Source of the DNA: an uncultured Clostridium sp. | GTDB taxonomy: Bacteria > Bacillota_I > Bacilli_A > RF39 > UBA660 | NCBI GenBank assembly: GCA_946402315.1 | Contig: CAMIWC010000006.1 | Span: 812 to 64,811, forward strand | DNA length: 64,000 bases | Direction of reading: 5' to 3' | Shown: positions 20,099 through 29,591 of the stretch, one piece after another | How the letters are laid out: each line of letters starts with the position of its first letter | Position numbering within the stretch: position 1 is the first letter of the stretch | Position numbers and translations under genes: made by a program | The notes under the pieces: model-generated | What the model saw: the letters and a program-made list of their open reading frames with translations, nothing else | The model's database searches: none | What the model was told of the DNA's origin: nothing

Positions 20099-21010
20099 AT
20101 GGATAAAAATAAAGTAGTTATAATTGGATGTGGAAATGTAGGTATGAGTTATGCCTATGCTTTAGTAAATCAAAGAACTTATGTTAATGAACTAGCTCTT
20201 ATAGATTTAAATCAAGATCGTATAGAAGGAGAAGTAATGGATTTAAACCATTGCCTTCCATATGCCCCAGGAAGGATATATATTCACGGTGGTACATATA
20301 AAGATTGTCGTGACGCTGATATCGTTATGATTGCGGCAGGTGCTAATCAAAAACCAGGAGAGACTAGACTTGATTTAATTAATAAGAATGCAGCTATATT
20401 TAAAGATATAATTACTCAAGTAATGGATAATGGGTTTAAAGGAATATTTTTAGTTGCTACTAATCCACTTGATATAATGACATATATTACATATAAGTAT
20501 TCTGGACTTCCTGCTAATCAAGTAATTGGATCTGGTACAAGCCTAGATTCAGCAAGACTTAGATATAATATAGGAGAAAGAATAGAAATAAATCCAAAGA
20601 ATATTCATGCTTATGTAGTAGGTGAACATGGAGATTCAGAATTTATTCCTTGGAGTAATGCTAGTGTAGGACTTCAAAGTATATATGATTATCTAAATGA
20701 AGAAGAAATGAAAACAATAGAAGATGAAGTAAGAAATGCTGCTTATGAAATAATTAATAAAAAAGGAGCTACTTATTATGGTATAGGAGTTACTCTTGTA
20801 AGAATTACTAATGCTATTCTTGGTAATGAAAATTTAGTGTTTGCTCTTTCTAATTATGATTCAGAAAATAATATATATGTAAGTACTCCAGTAATCTTAA
20901 ATAGAATGGGAGTAAAAGAAAGAATCTATATTAAACTTAATGAAAAAGAAACTGAATTAATGAATAATACAATTAAAGTAATAAAAGAAAATATAGATAA
21001 AATAAATTAA
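20099..21010 (+). CDS. ldh: L-lactate dehydrogenase
   Basis: Rossmann motif VVIIGCGNVGMSYAYAL. Also DLNQDRIEGEVMDLNH, GANQKPGETRLDL, substrate/catalytic region VIGSGTSLDSARLRY and GEHGDSEF. Confidence 0.9.
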   Translation: MDKNKVVIIGCGNVGMSYAYALVNQRTYVNELALIDLNQDRIEGEVMDLNHCLPYAPGRIYIHGGTYKDCRDADIVMIAAGANQKPGETRLDLINKNAAIFKDIITQVMDNGFKGIFLVATNPLDIMTYITYKYSGLPANQVIGSGTSLDSARLRYNIGERIEINPKNIHAYVVGEHGDSEFIPWSNASVGLQSIYDYLNEEEMKTIEDEVRNAAYEIINKKGATYYGIGVTLVRITNAILGNENLVFALSNYDSENNIYVSTPVILNRMGVKERIYIKLNEKETELMNNTIKVIKENIDKIN

Positions 21011-21022
21011 AAATAGATAGGA

Positions 21023-21979
21023 TTAATTCCTATCTATTTTATATGTATTTAATTCTAATAACTTATCTATTTTAGGATAAGCATAGAAATAAGTATCTGA
21101 ACTACTTTCAAATAAGATATATAATTTATTATCTTTATAGAATAATCCTTCTGCCATAGGCGGAAGTTTTTTAATTCTTAAAAGATTCTTACTATTAAAA
21201 TGATATAAAGGTATCTCTTGATTATTTAATTCATATGTTTCATCAGTATCATAATCTAATGGATTATCATATGTAACTAGTTCAGAATTAATGAGATTGG
21301 TAAATGATTTAGTAAAAGCAAATCTTTGATTATCAGTAACAGTTACTCCTTGAACCATTATAGGTAGAGTAGCTATATACTTAGGTGAATCATAATCTAC
21401 ATAACTATTTAATTCATAAAAGTACATTAATGGTGTATTATTAGGTACTTTATAGAATGGATATAAGAAGAAATCTCCTATTAGTAAAAAGTTATTAGCT
21501 ACAGAAGCAAAGTCTCCTCTTATAGATAGTTCTTGTTCATAATAACTAGATATGTAATTATTACTAGTATCTATTATTTCTTCAAGACTAAACTCATTTA
21601 CTTTATAATCACTAGTAATCCAAACAGTTTCATTATCGGTAGCGACTCCTCCTACATGGGAAATATTTTCTGATTTGTCTTTATTTAGAATTTTTAATTC
21701 TTTAATTAACTTTTTAGTAGAGAAATCTATTACATATAACTTACTAACTTTATGTTTACTGTTATATGAAGTTTGTAATATTACATTATATTTATCTGAA
21801 TAGGCTAATCCTTGGGGAATATATCCATCTTTATTACCTACAATATCAATATTATATTTGTAATCTTTTTTATCCAATTCATAACCAATAATTATTCTTA
21901 TATAGTTAATGGAAACAAGTATAATTACAAAGATAAATACTAAAAATAAATAAATAAAGAAATGTTTTAGTTTTATCAC
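21023..21979 (-). CDS. Membrane-anchored extracytoplasmic protein, possibly beta-propeller-like
   Basis: N-terminal TM segment, then a beta-rich sequence with PQGLAY and MAEGLFY elements reminiscent of SdiA-regulated/phytase-like propellers. This resemblance is weak. Confidence 0.4.
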   Translation of the reverse strand: MIKLKHFFIYLFLVFIFVIILVSINYIRIIIGYELDKKDYKYNIDIVGNKDGYIPQGLAYSDKYNVILQTSYNSKHKVSKLYVIDFSTKKLIKELKILNKDKSENISHVGGVATDNETVWITSDYKVNEFSLEEIIDTSNNYISSYYEQELSIRGDFASVANNFLLIGDFFLYPFYKVPNNTPLMYFYELNSYVDYDSPKYIATLPIMVQGVTVTDNQRFAFTKSFTNLINSELVTYDNPLDYDTDETYELNNQEIPLYHFNSKNLLRIKKLPPMAEGLFYKDNKLYILFESSSDTYFYAYPKIDKLLELNTYKIDRN

Positions 21980-22043
21980 ACAACCACCTCTATATTAATT
22001 CTATCATATAATTAATTGTGTTAAAATATTAATGGGTGATAGT

Positions 22044-22610
22044 ATGAATATATTTCTTTTAATGATGATATTTGTTGTTGGAGGAATAGCTGGATGGATC
22101 TATGAAATTATATTCTATTATTTTAATTCACATAGAAAAAAGATTTATATGAGAGGAAGTAATTTCTTACCATTTATAAATGTATATTCTTTTGGATGTG
22201 TTTTCTTGGCACTTATTACTTATTTTTTTAAAGATAATCCTTTATATGTATTTCTATTATCAGTATTAATAACAGGTTCTTTAGAATTATTAACAGGACT
22301 TGTTCTTAAAAAAGTATTCAATTTAAGATTATGGGATTACAACAAAGAGATATTAAATTTTGGCAATATAGGTGGATATATCTGTTTAAGAAGTGTACTT
22401 GTATTTGGAATAGGTGGATTACTCTTGGTGTATATGTTGATACCTATACTTAAGACACTAGAAGGTAATATACTTAATGTAGTCAGTGTAGTTTTGTTTA
22501 TTGTCTTTGCCTTAGATCTTATATATAATACCTTTATTTCTAAAATTGTTAAAAGTAAGAGTGCTAGAGATATATATGAGAAAAAAGGATTAAAGTATTT
22601 AGATTTTTAA
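22044..22610 (+). CDS. Polytopic membrane protein (resembles the 'putative ABC-transporter type IV' / DUF1113-like family)
   Basis: Start at ATG 22044 after gggtga. About 5 TM segments. N-terminus reads IFVVGGIAGWIYEIIFYY. Confidence 0.4.
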   Translation: MNIFLLMMIFVVGGIAGWIYEIIFYYFNSHRKKIYMRGSNFLPFINVYSFGCVFLALITYFFKDNPLYVFLLSVLITGSLELLTGLVLKKVFNLRLWDYNKEILNFGNIGGYICLRSVLVFGIGGLLLVYMLIPILKTLEGNILNVVSVVLFIVFALDLIYNTFISKIVKSKSARDIYEKKGLKYLDF

Positions 22611-22708
22611 CAAAAGTGTAAACTTTACTCTATTTTACTATATTTGTCATTTGTATTTACATTTTTAGATGTATAATTGACTTATATAATTAAGAAAGGA
22701 GAAGGGAA

Positions 22709-24076
22709 ATGAAAAAGAAAATATTATTTAGTGTATTCTTAGTAGCTTTGTTTTTTGTACCATTTTTTGCTCGTGCTGATGAGTTAACTGCTGAAACATT
22801 TGCAGAATTAAAAGAACTTAATACGACTAATACTCATGTAACCTATACAGGAGCTACTTTGGATTTAACTGAAGATTTTGAATTAGTTGCTTTCTTAGAT
22901 ATTAAAGCTAATACTACACTTAATCTAAATGGACATACTTTATCTATTTCTGGACATGGTACTCAAGCTTATCCAGTAACTGTATTTGGTAATAGTTCAT
23001 TAACAATTAATGGTGCTGGTAATGTTCAAATAGCTGATATTTATGGATTTGCTACTGCTGGTAGTGGAAGTCCTAAAATAACTGTTAATGGAGGTACATT
23101 TACTCAAACTGGAGATTATTATATGTTTGGAGTATATGATGGAGAACTAATTATTAATGATGGAACATTTACTACTCCATATTGTGTAGCTAATAACTTT
23201 GGTGGTTATTATAGAATTCAAGGTGGTCAATATAGTGATATTCATGGAAAGATAACAATCAATGGTGGAACATTTACTACTACTGATGATTATGATATGA
23301 CATTTGCTACTTCAGATGTTTTAGTAATTAATGGTGGAACTTTTAATTCACAAGGTGAAGAGGGAACTACTGTTTATACTGAAGCTCCAGGAGAAACTAC
23401 TATTAATGATGGAACATTTAATGCTAGTGGAACTAATTCAGAAGTATTATATAATGACCAAGGAACAGTTACAGTTAATGCTGGAAACTTTAATAATCCA
23501 GTAACTGCTTATATTCCTAATTCATCAATAACTTATACTAATACTACTGGTGTTAATATAGTTGTTCCTAAAGATGAATTAGTTATTAAAGCTTTTGATG
23601 AACCAACTGATCCAACTGAAGAAGAAACAACCAAAGTAAATGCTGCATTAGAAGAAGGATTTGTAGTTGGTAAATATTACAATATTACTGCTTGGTTAAC
23701 AAATCCGGATGATAACACTAAAATTGAACAAGTAGAAGATTTAGAAAACGCTATTAATGTTACTTTAACTATTCCTGCTGATCTTCCTGAATTACAAGAA
23801 GGTTATACAAGAATTTTTAAAGTAATTAGAATACATAATGGTGAAGCAACTGTACTTAGTGTAGTAGATAATGGAAATGGTACTATTACATTCCAAACAG
23901 ATGTTTTCTCAACATATGTATTAACTTATGCTGATCAAGCACCAGCTGCTGATCCAGCAGAAGATAATACTAATAACCCTAATACTGCTGATAAGATTAT
24001 TCTTTATTTCAGTGCATTAGTTATTAGTGCAGCAGCCGTTACAATAACTGCTTTATATATTAATAGAGTATATTAA
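22709..24076 (+). CDS. Cell-wall-anchored beta-solenoid surface protein with an NPNTA sorting signal
   Basis: Signal peptide; repeated NGGTFT/NDGTFT turns. C-terminus is NNPNTAD (NPNTA at nt 23975-23989), a TM segment (IILYFSALVISAAAVTITALYI) and NRVY. A class-B sortase gene lies immediately downstream. Confidence 0.75.
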   Translation: MKKKILFSVFLVALFFVPFFARADELTAETFAELKELNTTNTHVTYTGATLDLTEDFELVAFLDIKANTTLNLNGHTLSISGHGTQAYPVTVFGNSSLTINGAGNVQIADIYGFATAGSGSPKITVNGGTFTQTGDYYMFGVYDGELIINDGTFTTPYCVANNFGGYYRIQGGQYSDIHGKITINGGTFTTTDDYDMTFATSDVLVINGGTFNSQGEEGTTVYTEAPGETTINDGTFNASGTNSEVLYNDQGTVTVNAGNFNNPVTAYIPNSSITYTNTTGVNIVVPKDELVIKAFDEPTDPTEEETTKVNAALEEGFVVGKYYNITAWLTNPDDNTKIEQVEDLENAINVTLTIPADLPELQEGYTRIFKVIRIHNGEATVLSVVDNGNGTITFQTDVFSTYVLTYADQAPAADPAEDNTNNPNTADKIILYFSALVISAAAVTITALYINRVY

Positions 24077-24130
24077 TAAAAAAATAATAGGCTAGCTTGT
24101 GCTAGTCTATTTTTGTTAGGAGAAGAGTAT

Positions 24131-24898
24131 ATGAAACGAAAAAAAGTTTTAAGAGTCCGTTTATGGGTTCTAATGTCAGTCATATGTGTAAGTTTATTTG
24201 GAGTAATATACTCTACAGTGAACATACTTCTATGGTGTTATAATGTTGAACAAAATAATAAGATTAGAGCTGAAATAAAAGAAGAATACGTTGAAGAAAT
24301 AATAATAGATCAAAATATTTCTGGTGTAGTTCAAAATGATTATTCAATTGATTTTGATTCGGTAAAAAAACGTAATAAAGATACAGTTGGATATTTAGTA
24401 GTTAATGGACTAGATGTATCTAATTTTATAGTTAAAGCTAAAGATAATGATTACTATTTAAAACATAATTTTGATAAGAAATATAGTTCTGCTGGATGGA
24501 TATTTGCTGATTATCATAATAAGTTTGATGGTAGTGATAAGAATATTATTATATATGGACATAATACTAAAAATGGAAGTATGTTTGGTACGTTGAAAAA
24601 TATATTTAATAAAGAATGGTATAGTAATGAAGATAATCTTGTATTGAAAATTATCACTCCAACTGGAGAATATAAGTACCGAGTATTTTCAACGTATACT
24701 ATTAAACCAGAAGATTATTATATAAATACTGAGTTTAAAAATAATAAAGAATATATTAAATTTGTAGAAACATTAAAGAAAAGATCTACTTATGATTTTA
24801 AAGTAGATACATCGAAGGTAACTCAAATACTTACGTTATCTTCATGTAGGAAAGAAGGAAAAGAAAGAGTAGTATTACATGCGATGAGACTAGATTAG
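24131..24898 (+). CDS. srtB: Class B sortase
   Basis: Start at ATG 24131 after aggaga. N-terminal TM segment. Motifs DTVGYLVVNG..., DNDYYLKHNF, IIIYGHN (His) and the catalytic LTLSSC. Confidence 0.85.
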   Translation: MKRKKVLRVRLWVLMSVICVSLFGVIYSTVNILLWCYNVEQNNKIRAEIKEEYVEEIIIDQNISGVVQNDYSIDFDSVKKRNKDTVGYLVVNGLDVSNFIVKAKDNDYYLKHNFDKKYSSAGWIFADYHNKFDGSDKNIIIYGHNTKNGSMFGTLKNIFNKEWYSNEDNLVLKIITPTGEYKYRVFSTYTIKPEDYYINTEFKNNKEYIKFVETLKKRSTYDFKVDTSKVTQILTLSSCRKEGKERVVLHAMRLD

Positions 24899-25004
24899 TC
24901 TCATCTTTTATTTTGATTGAAATTATTATGTTTTTTATTTATTTATCTTTTAATACATGATAAAATATATTATGAGTTAAAATCTAAAATAGAGGGTGAT
25001 TATT

Positions 25005-25541
25005 ATGAAAATTATTAAGACTATTGTTGTGGATACGTTAATAGGTATATGGTTCTTAGGAGCTTTAATATCTATTATATGTTTATTATCCTACAATGAG
25101 TTTGCGACTACTCAAATCGGTAACTATACATTGCTTATTATTGATAGTGATGATATGCAAGAAAAATATGGATATAAAGAAGGAGACTTACTTATTGTAA
25201 AAAGAACTTCTGATAAGAATATGAAAGTAGGAGATTCTGCTTTCTATTATGATGCCAGTAAGAAGAGTTCGGTACTTGTATATGCTGGTGAAATAGAAAG
25301 TATTACTCCAGTTACTCCAGCTGAATCTACTTTTAGAATTAGTGGAGTAAAAGTATCAGGAGAATATGTAATAGGTACTATGAATAAAGTAGGGGTATAT
25401 CATCATGCTGGTACTGTACTTAGTGTAATGACTTCTAAATGGGGATTTATGTTCTTTATCATATTCCCAACTTTATTCTTCATAATATATGAAGTAATGA
25501 TGATAGTTGAATCATTTAGAGAAGATAAGGATGAAGATTAA
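25005..25541 (+). CDS. SipW-like (S26B) signal peptidase paralogue lacking the catalytic Ser and His (pseudo-peptidase)
   Basis: It has the same length class and TM-core-TM topology as the two active paralogues at 26117 and 32231. However, IIDSDDMQEK replaces SGSMEP, VYAGEI replaces THR[IV] and SGVKVSGE replaces GDANN/GINN. Confidence 0.6.
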   Translation: MKIIKTIVVDTLIGIWFLGALISIICLLSYNEFATTQIGNYTLLIIDSDDMQEKYGYKEGDLLIVKRTSDKNMKVGDSAFYYDASKKSSVLVYAGEIESITPVTPAESTFRISGVKVSGEYVIGTMNKVGVYHHAGTVLSVMTSKWGFMFFIIFPTLFFIIYEVMMIVESFREDKDED

Positions 25542-25543
25542 TA

Positions 25544-26092
25544 ATGAAAAAAGTGCTTTGGATATTTGCACTATTTTGTCTACTTGCAACTATTATAGTT
25601 GTTCAAGATACTTTTGGATTATTTGAAACTAATTCAACCGCAACTAAAGACTTGGAAGTTGGTAGATGGAAGATATATCTAAATGATGAAGATATATCAT
25701 TAACTGAATCTATTACTTTGGATGATTTCGTTTATACTAATCCTAATCATGTAGAAAGTGGTTATTTTGCACCAGGAAGTAGTGCTGAATTTATTATAGA
25801 AATAGATGCTAGTGATACTGATGTAGCAGTAGACTATGATATCACAGTAGATGCTAGTTCGCTACAACCATATCCAAATATATCTTTTAGTATTATTGAT
25901 ATGGATACTAATCAATCATCTATTAATAATCATTTCTCTGGAATAATGAATTTAACTGATACTAATCGTGTTAAAAGATTAAAACTTAGTATTAACTGGG
26001 TTAATGATTCTGATTATGATGAAAACGATACTAGTATCATTGGACAAGATATTAAATTTATTTTAGATGTTCACTTTGAACAACACGTTTAA
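25544..26092 (+). CDS. TasA/camelysin-like secreted protein (small paralogue)
   Basis: There is a 2-nt gap after the previous gene. The signal peptide ends ...VVQDTFGLFETN. Further elements are GRWKIYLND, FAPGSSAEFIIEIDASDTDVAVDYDITV and a C-terminal FILDVHFEQ. Confidence 0.55.
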   Translation: MKKVLWIFALFCLLATIIVVQDTFGLFETNSTATKDLEVGRWKIYLNDEDISLTESITLDDFVYTNPNHVESGYFAPGSSAEFIIEIDASDTDVAVDYDITVDASSLQPYPNISFSIIDMDTNQSSINNHFSGIMNLTDTNRVKRLKLSINWVNDSDYDENDTSIIGQDIKFILDVHFEQHV

Positions 26093-26116
26093 AAAGAATA
26101 GAAAGTGAGGTGTCAT

Positions 26117-27028
26117 ATGAACCCGCTTAAAAAAGGTGTAAAAACAGTTTCTAATCTATTAACTGTAGGTTTGTTAATAGTATTAGTGCTTGTTATATAT
26201 GGTCGTTTAACGGTAACATTTTCAGAAAATAGTTATCCTAACTATTTCGGATATACATTTTTTGAAGTATCAAGCGGATCTATGGAACCTGCTTTATCTG
26301 TTAATGATGTAATCTTAGTTAAGATTGGATATGACAATTATAAAAAGGGAGATATTATTACTTATGTAAATGATAAAGGAGAAATAATAACTCACCGTAT
26401 AGTAATAGTTAATGCTGATACATTAACTGTTAAAGGAGATGCAAATAATACTATCGATACACCAATTCAAAAATCACAAGTAATTGGTAAAGTAGAAAGG
26501 GTTTATCCACAACTTAGTGTTTGGCAAAAAGTTATTACTGAACCCAAAATATTAATGGTATTATTTATTACTCTTCTAGCTTTTGATTTTGCTCTTTCTT
26601 ATGATGGAGAAAAGGATAAAGGTAAGAGTACTACTAAGAAAAAAGTAATTATTAGTAAAGAAAAAGAAGAGAAAAAAGAATTAGAAGAAATAAAAGAAAT
26701 AGAAGAAAAGAAAGAAAAAGTTAAAGAAAATAAAATAACTTCTGTTAAACCTGAAACACCTAGAATAAAAGTAAATGATTCAATAGATGTTGATGCATTA
26801 CTTGATTTTACTAAAAAGATAGATTTAGAAGAAATTAATAAAGCGCTTGATAAAACAGTTAAATTAAATAAAAAGGAAATGACTGAATTAAAAGAAAAGA
26901 TAGATAGTATTGATGAAAAGAAACCAGTACTACCTAAGTTAGAACAAAAAGAAAGGGAATTTATTGAATATACAATTAGATTAGATTTAAAAGCTATTCA
27001 AAAAAATGTTAAAAATAAAGGGAAGTAG
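26117..27028 (+). CDS. sipW: SipW-type signal peptidase I (S26B) with a long K/E-rich C-terminal extension
   Basis: Start at ATG 26117 after gtgaggtg. Elements are an N-terminal TM segment, SSGSMEP, ITHRIV, KGDANN..D and a second TM segment. About 150 aa of a lysine/glutamate-rich predicted helical tail follow. Confidence 0.8.
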   Translation: MNPLKKGVKTVSNLLTVGLLIVLVLVIYGRLTVTFSENSYPNYFGYTFFEVSSGSMEPALSVNDVILVKIGYDNYKKGDIITYVNDKGEIITHRIVIVNADTLTVKGDANNTIDTPIQKSQVIGKVERVYPQLSVWQKVITEPKILMVLFITLLAFDFALSYDGEKDKGKSTTKKKVIISKEKEEKKELEEIKEIEEKKEKVKENKITSVKPETPRIKVNDSIDVDALLDFTKKIDLEEINKALDKTVKLNKKEMTELKEKIDSIDEKKPVLPKLEQKEREFIEYTIRLDLKAIQKNVKNKGK

Positions 27029-27036
27029 GTGCGAAT

Positions 27037-27624
27037 ATGAAAGAATTATTAAATAATTTTGATAGAAAAATGTTATTTCGTTTATTAATTCTTTCATGTA
27101 TGGTAATTATTACAATGCTTTCTGTAAGACATTTTAAGTTTACTGAATCTAAATATGAAACTAGAACTGAAGTAGAAATAGTACCAACTATAGCTTTCTT
27201 TATAGCTGATGTTAAAAGTTATAATGATTCTATTAAGTTAGAGGAAATAGTACCTAGAAGTACTCCTTACTTATATTCTTTTACAGTATCTAATTTCCAA
27301 GGAGATAAAAAAGCTAATGTAGATTTAACTTATAGTATTGAGTTTATTACTACAACTAATTTACCTTTAAATTATAAATTATATAGAGGTAATGACTTAG
27401 AACATGATATTACTTCTAGTACTAGTTATACTACTGATGACGATGGAATGTATTATAAACGTTTATATATAAGTGAAGTATCTACTTTAAGATATAATGC
27501 AGAGAATACCGATACTTATGTTTTAAGTGTAGAGTATCCTTTAACTTATCAAAATAATCCTGATGATTATTCTGGAGTAGTAGAACTAATAGAAATATAT
27601 GTTCATGCTGAACAGGAAGTGTAA
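27037..27624 (+). CDS. TasA-like / membrane-anchored beta-sandwich paralogue
   Basis: N-terminal hydrophobic segment ending SVRHFKFTES. Further elements are YLYSFTVSNFQGDKKANVDLTYSIEF and a C-terminal IEIYVHAEQ. Confidence 0.45.
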   Translation: MKELLNNFDRKMLFRLLILSCMVIITMLSVRHFKFTESKYETRTEVEIVPTIAFFIADVKSYNDSIKLEEIVPRSTPYLYSFTVSNFQGDKKANVDLTYSIEFITTTNLPLNYKLYRGNDLEHDITSSTSYTTDDDGMYYKRLYISEVSTLRYNAENTDTYVLSVEYPLTYQNNPDDYSGVVELIEIYVHAEQEV

Positions 27625-27626
27625 TT

Positions 27627-28592
27627 ATGAAGAAGTTAAAGTTAAAAGACAATGGTGTTAAAAGAATTATTATCTTAGTACTTATAATTATACTTGTAAT
27701 ATCTATACCTACTTTAGGTAAGTTTATCTCTAAAAAATTCCATGAATTCTATTTAAATAGTAAACATTTCTATTTTTATAGTAATAGATTAAAAGAAGAT
27801 AATCCTTTATATCAAGTTAATAACTGGTCAGGAGTAGGTTCTTTTGAAATAGAATTTGATTTATCTTCAGAAAAAAACAGATATACTTATGCAGATTATG
27901 ATATTGAATATGAATTATCAGTAGAATGTTCAGATACAGTTAATTGTGAATTAAGTGAAGAAGACGGAGTACTATATAGTACTAATCCAAATCACCAAAA
28001 TACTATAACAGTTTCAGTTACTCCTGATAATGTTAGCTTTGAAGAGGGAGATAGTGTTACCATTGAAATAACTGCTCAAAGTACAAGTCCTTACAAGAAA
28101 ACTATTAGTGCAACGTTTGAATATATTGTAGGTAAGAGTGGAGTAACATATGAAATAGATGATGAACCAGGAAGAAGTTATATTATACTTACATTAACTA
28201 ATGCTATTTCATATTGTACTGTTGTTGAAGACTTCGGAGATTATGAAGTGGGAGATCGTATAGATAGAGATGTTTTTGTTACTTTGAATTCTAATGATAG
28301 AAAAAAATGTAAAAGTCAAATTATTAATCTTTCTATTCCGACTGGATATGTCATTGTAGATAATACTAGTTCTATTTTTGATATCGCAACTTATTCAGCT
28401 CCATCAGGAGGGCCAATTATTGGTGGAATTCGTTATATTAATAAAATGGAGTTCTGGATTGATCCATCTAGTGCACTAGCTATTAGATTTTATAAAAGAG
28501 ATGTTGATGAAGATTATACTTATCCTTTTGGAAATTATGAAAATAGTATTATAACTGTTACTATTTCAGATCCTGATAGAGATAGAGGATAA
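27627..28592 (+). CDS. TasA-like / membrane-anchored beta-sandwich paralogue (larger)
   Basis: N-terminal TM segment (RIIILVLIIILVISIPTLGKF), then SFEIEFDLSSEKNRYTYADYDIEYELSV and a beta-rich remainder. The gap from the previous stop is 2 nt. Confidence 0.4.
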   Translation: MKKLKLKDNGVKRIIILVLIIILVISIPTLGKFISKKFHEFYLNSKHFYFYSNRLKEDNPLYQVNNWSGVGSFEIEFDLSSEKNRYTYADYDIEYELSVECSDTVNCELSEEDGVLYSTNPNHQNTITVSVTPDNVSFEEGDSVTIEITAQSTSPYKKTISATFEYIVGKSGVTYEIDDEPGRSYIILTLTNAISYCTVVEDFGDYEVGDRIDRDVFVTLNSNDRKKCKSQIINLSIPTGYVIVDNTSSIFDIATYSAPSGGPIIGGIRYINKMEFWIDPSSALAIRFYKRDVDEDYTYPFGNYENSIITVTISDPDRDRG

Positions 28593-28604
28593 TTGGAGGT
28601 ATTT

Positions 28605-29582
28605 ATGGACTATAATATAGTTTTAAAATATATTTCATTTGTAAAAAGAGAATATTTAGACTTTTTTAGTATTTTGTTCCGTAATAAATACCAAAAGAAG
28701 TTATTTGAAGAATTTATGGATTCTTATATTCTTGTTCGTTATTATAATGAAACTGATTTTCATAATGAAAAAGATTTCATGGTACGTATTAATAAGGAAC
28801 TAATTAAAATATATGAAAAAAATAAAAACATATATGATGAAGATTTATTAAGAAATATAGTAGCGTTATTTGCTTATGTAGTATACTTTGATGATGTATA
28901 TGAAGATGAAAATAGTGCTAGTTTAATAGATGATTTAGTACAAGATGAAAATATTCAGATTAAAGATAAAGAAGAATTAAAAGAACAATTACTTGATTGG
29001 TACTTAGATCTTAAAGAAAATAAAGAAAAGTTTCATAATACTATTAATACGAAAGAGTTCTCTATCTTTAAGAAGAGAGTAAGTACTAAGACTTATGAAA
29101 TTACTCTTGATCATAATGTAAAGATTTCTAATCTTTATAGTGATTACGCTATTAATAAGGCGTTTAATAGTCAAATAGTTAATGAAGATAAAGAGTTTGT
29201 TATGGCAATACTTACTAGTCATGAAGTATTAAAAAATGCTATTAACTTAGATTTTACTAAGAGATATATTTTTGAATTAGTACCATCTATTGTTGAAAAA
29301 GAGAAAAAAATGAAAAGATTATTCTCTATCTTAGATAATCCTTTATCTAAAAGATATATATCTGCTAAAATAACATATGAAGATTATTTAAATAATAAGA
29401 GTATATATGATAGTTATATAGTAGATGGATATTCATTCTCTGTAGTAATTGATTCTAAGTTTAAAGGAAATATTAAGAGTTTAGTATTATTTACTTATAT
29501 TTATATATCAGAGAATAATGAATATTATAAAGATATAGTTAATGCTAAAAAGGAGCTTATGCCAAAAATAATTGTATATTAG
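28605..29582 (+). CDS. Cytoplasmic protein of unknown function inside the SipW/TasA-like operon
   Basis: Start at ATG 28605 after ggagg. No TM segment or signal peptide. The protein is helical, Y/K/E/D-rich and carries no recognisable motif. Confidence 0.5.
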   Translation: MDYNIVLKYISFVKREYLDFFSILFRNKYQKKLFEEFMDSYILVRYYNETDFHNEKDFMVRINKELIKIYEKNKNIYDEDLLRNIVALFAYVVYFDDVYEDENSASLIDDLVQDENIQIKDKEELKEQLLDWYLDLKENKEKFHNTINTKEFSIFKKRVSTKTYEITLDHNVKISNLYSDYAINKAFNSQIVNEDKEFVMAILTSHEVLKNAINLDFTKRYIFELVPSIVEKEKKMKRLFSILDNPLSKRYISAKITYEDYLNNKSIYDSYIVDGYSFSVVIDSKFKGNIKSLVLFTYIYISENNEYYKDIVNAKKELMPKIIVY

Positions 29583-29591
29583 GAGGTATTT

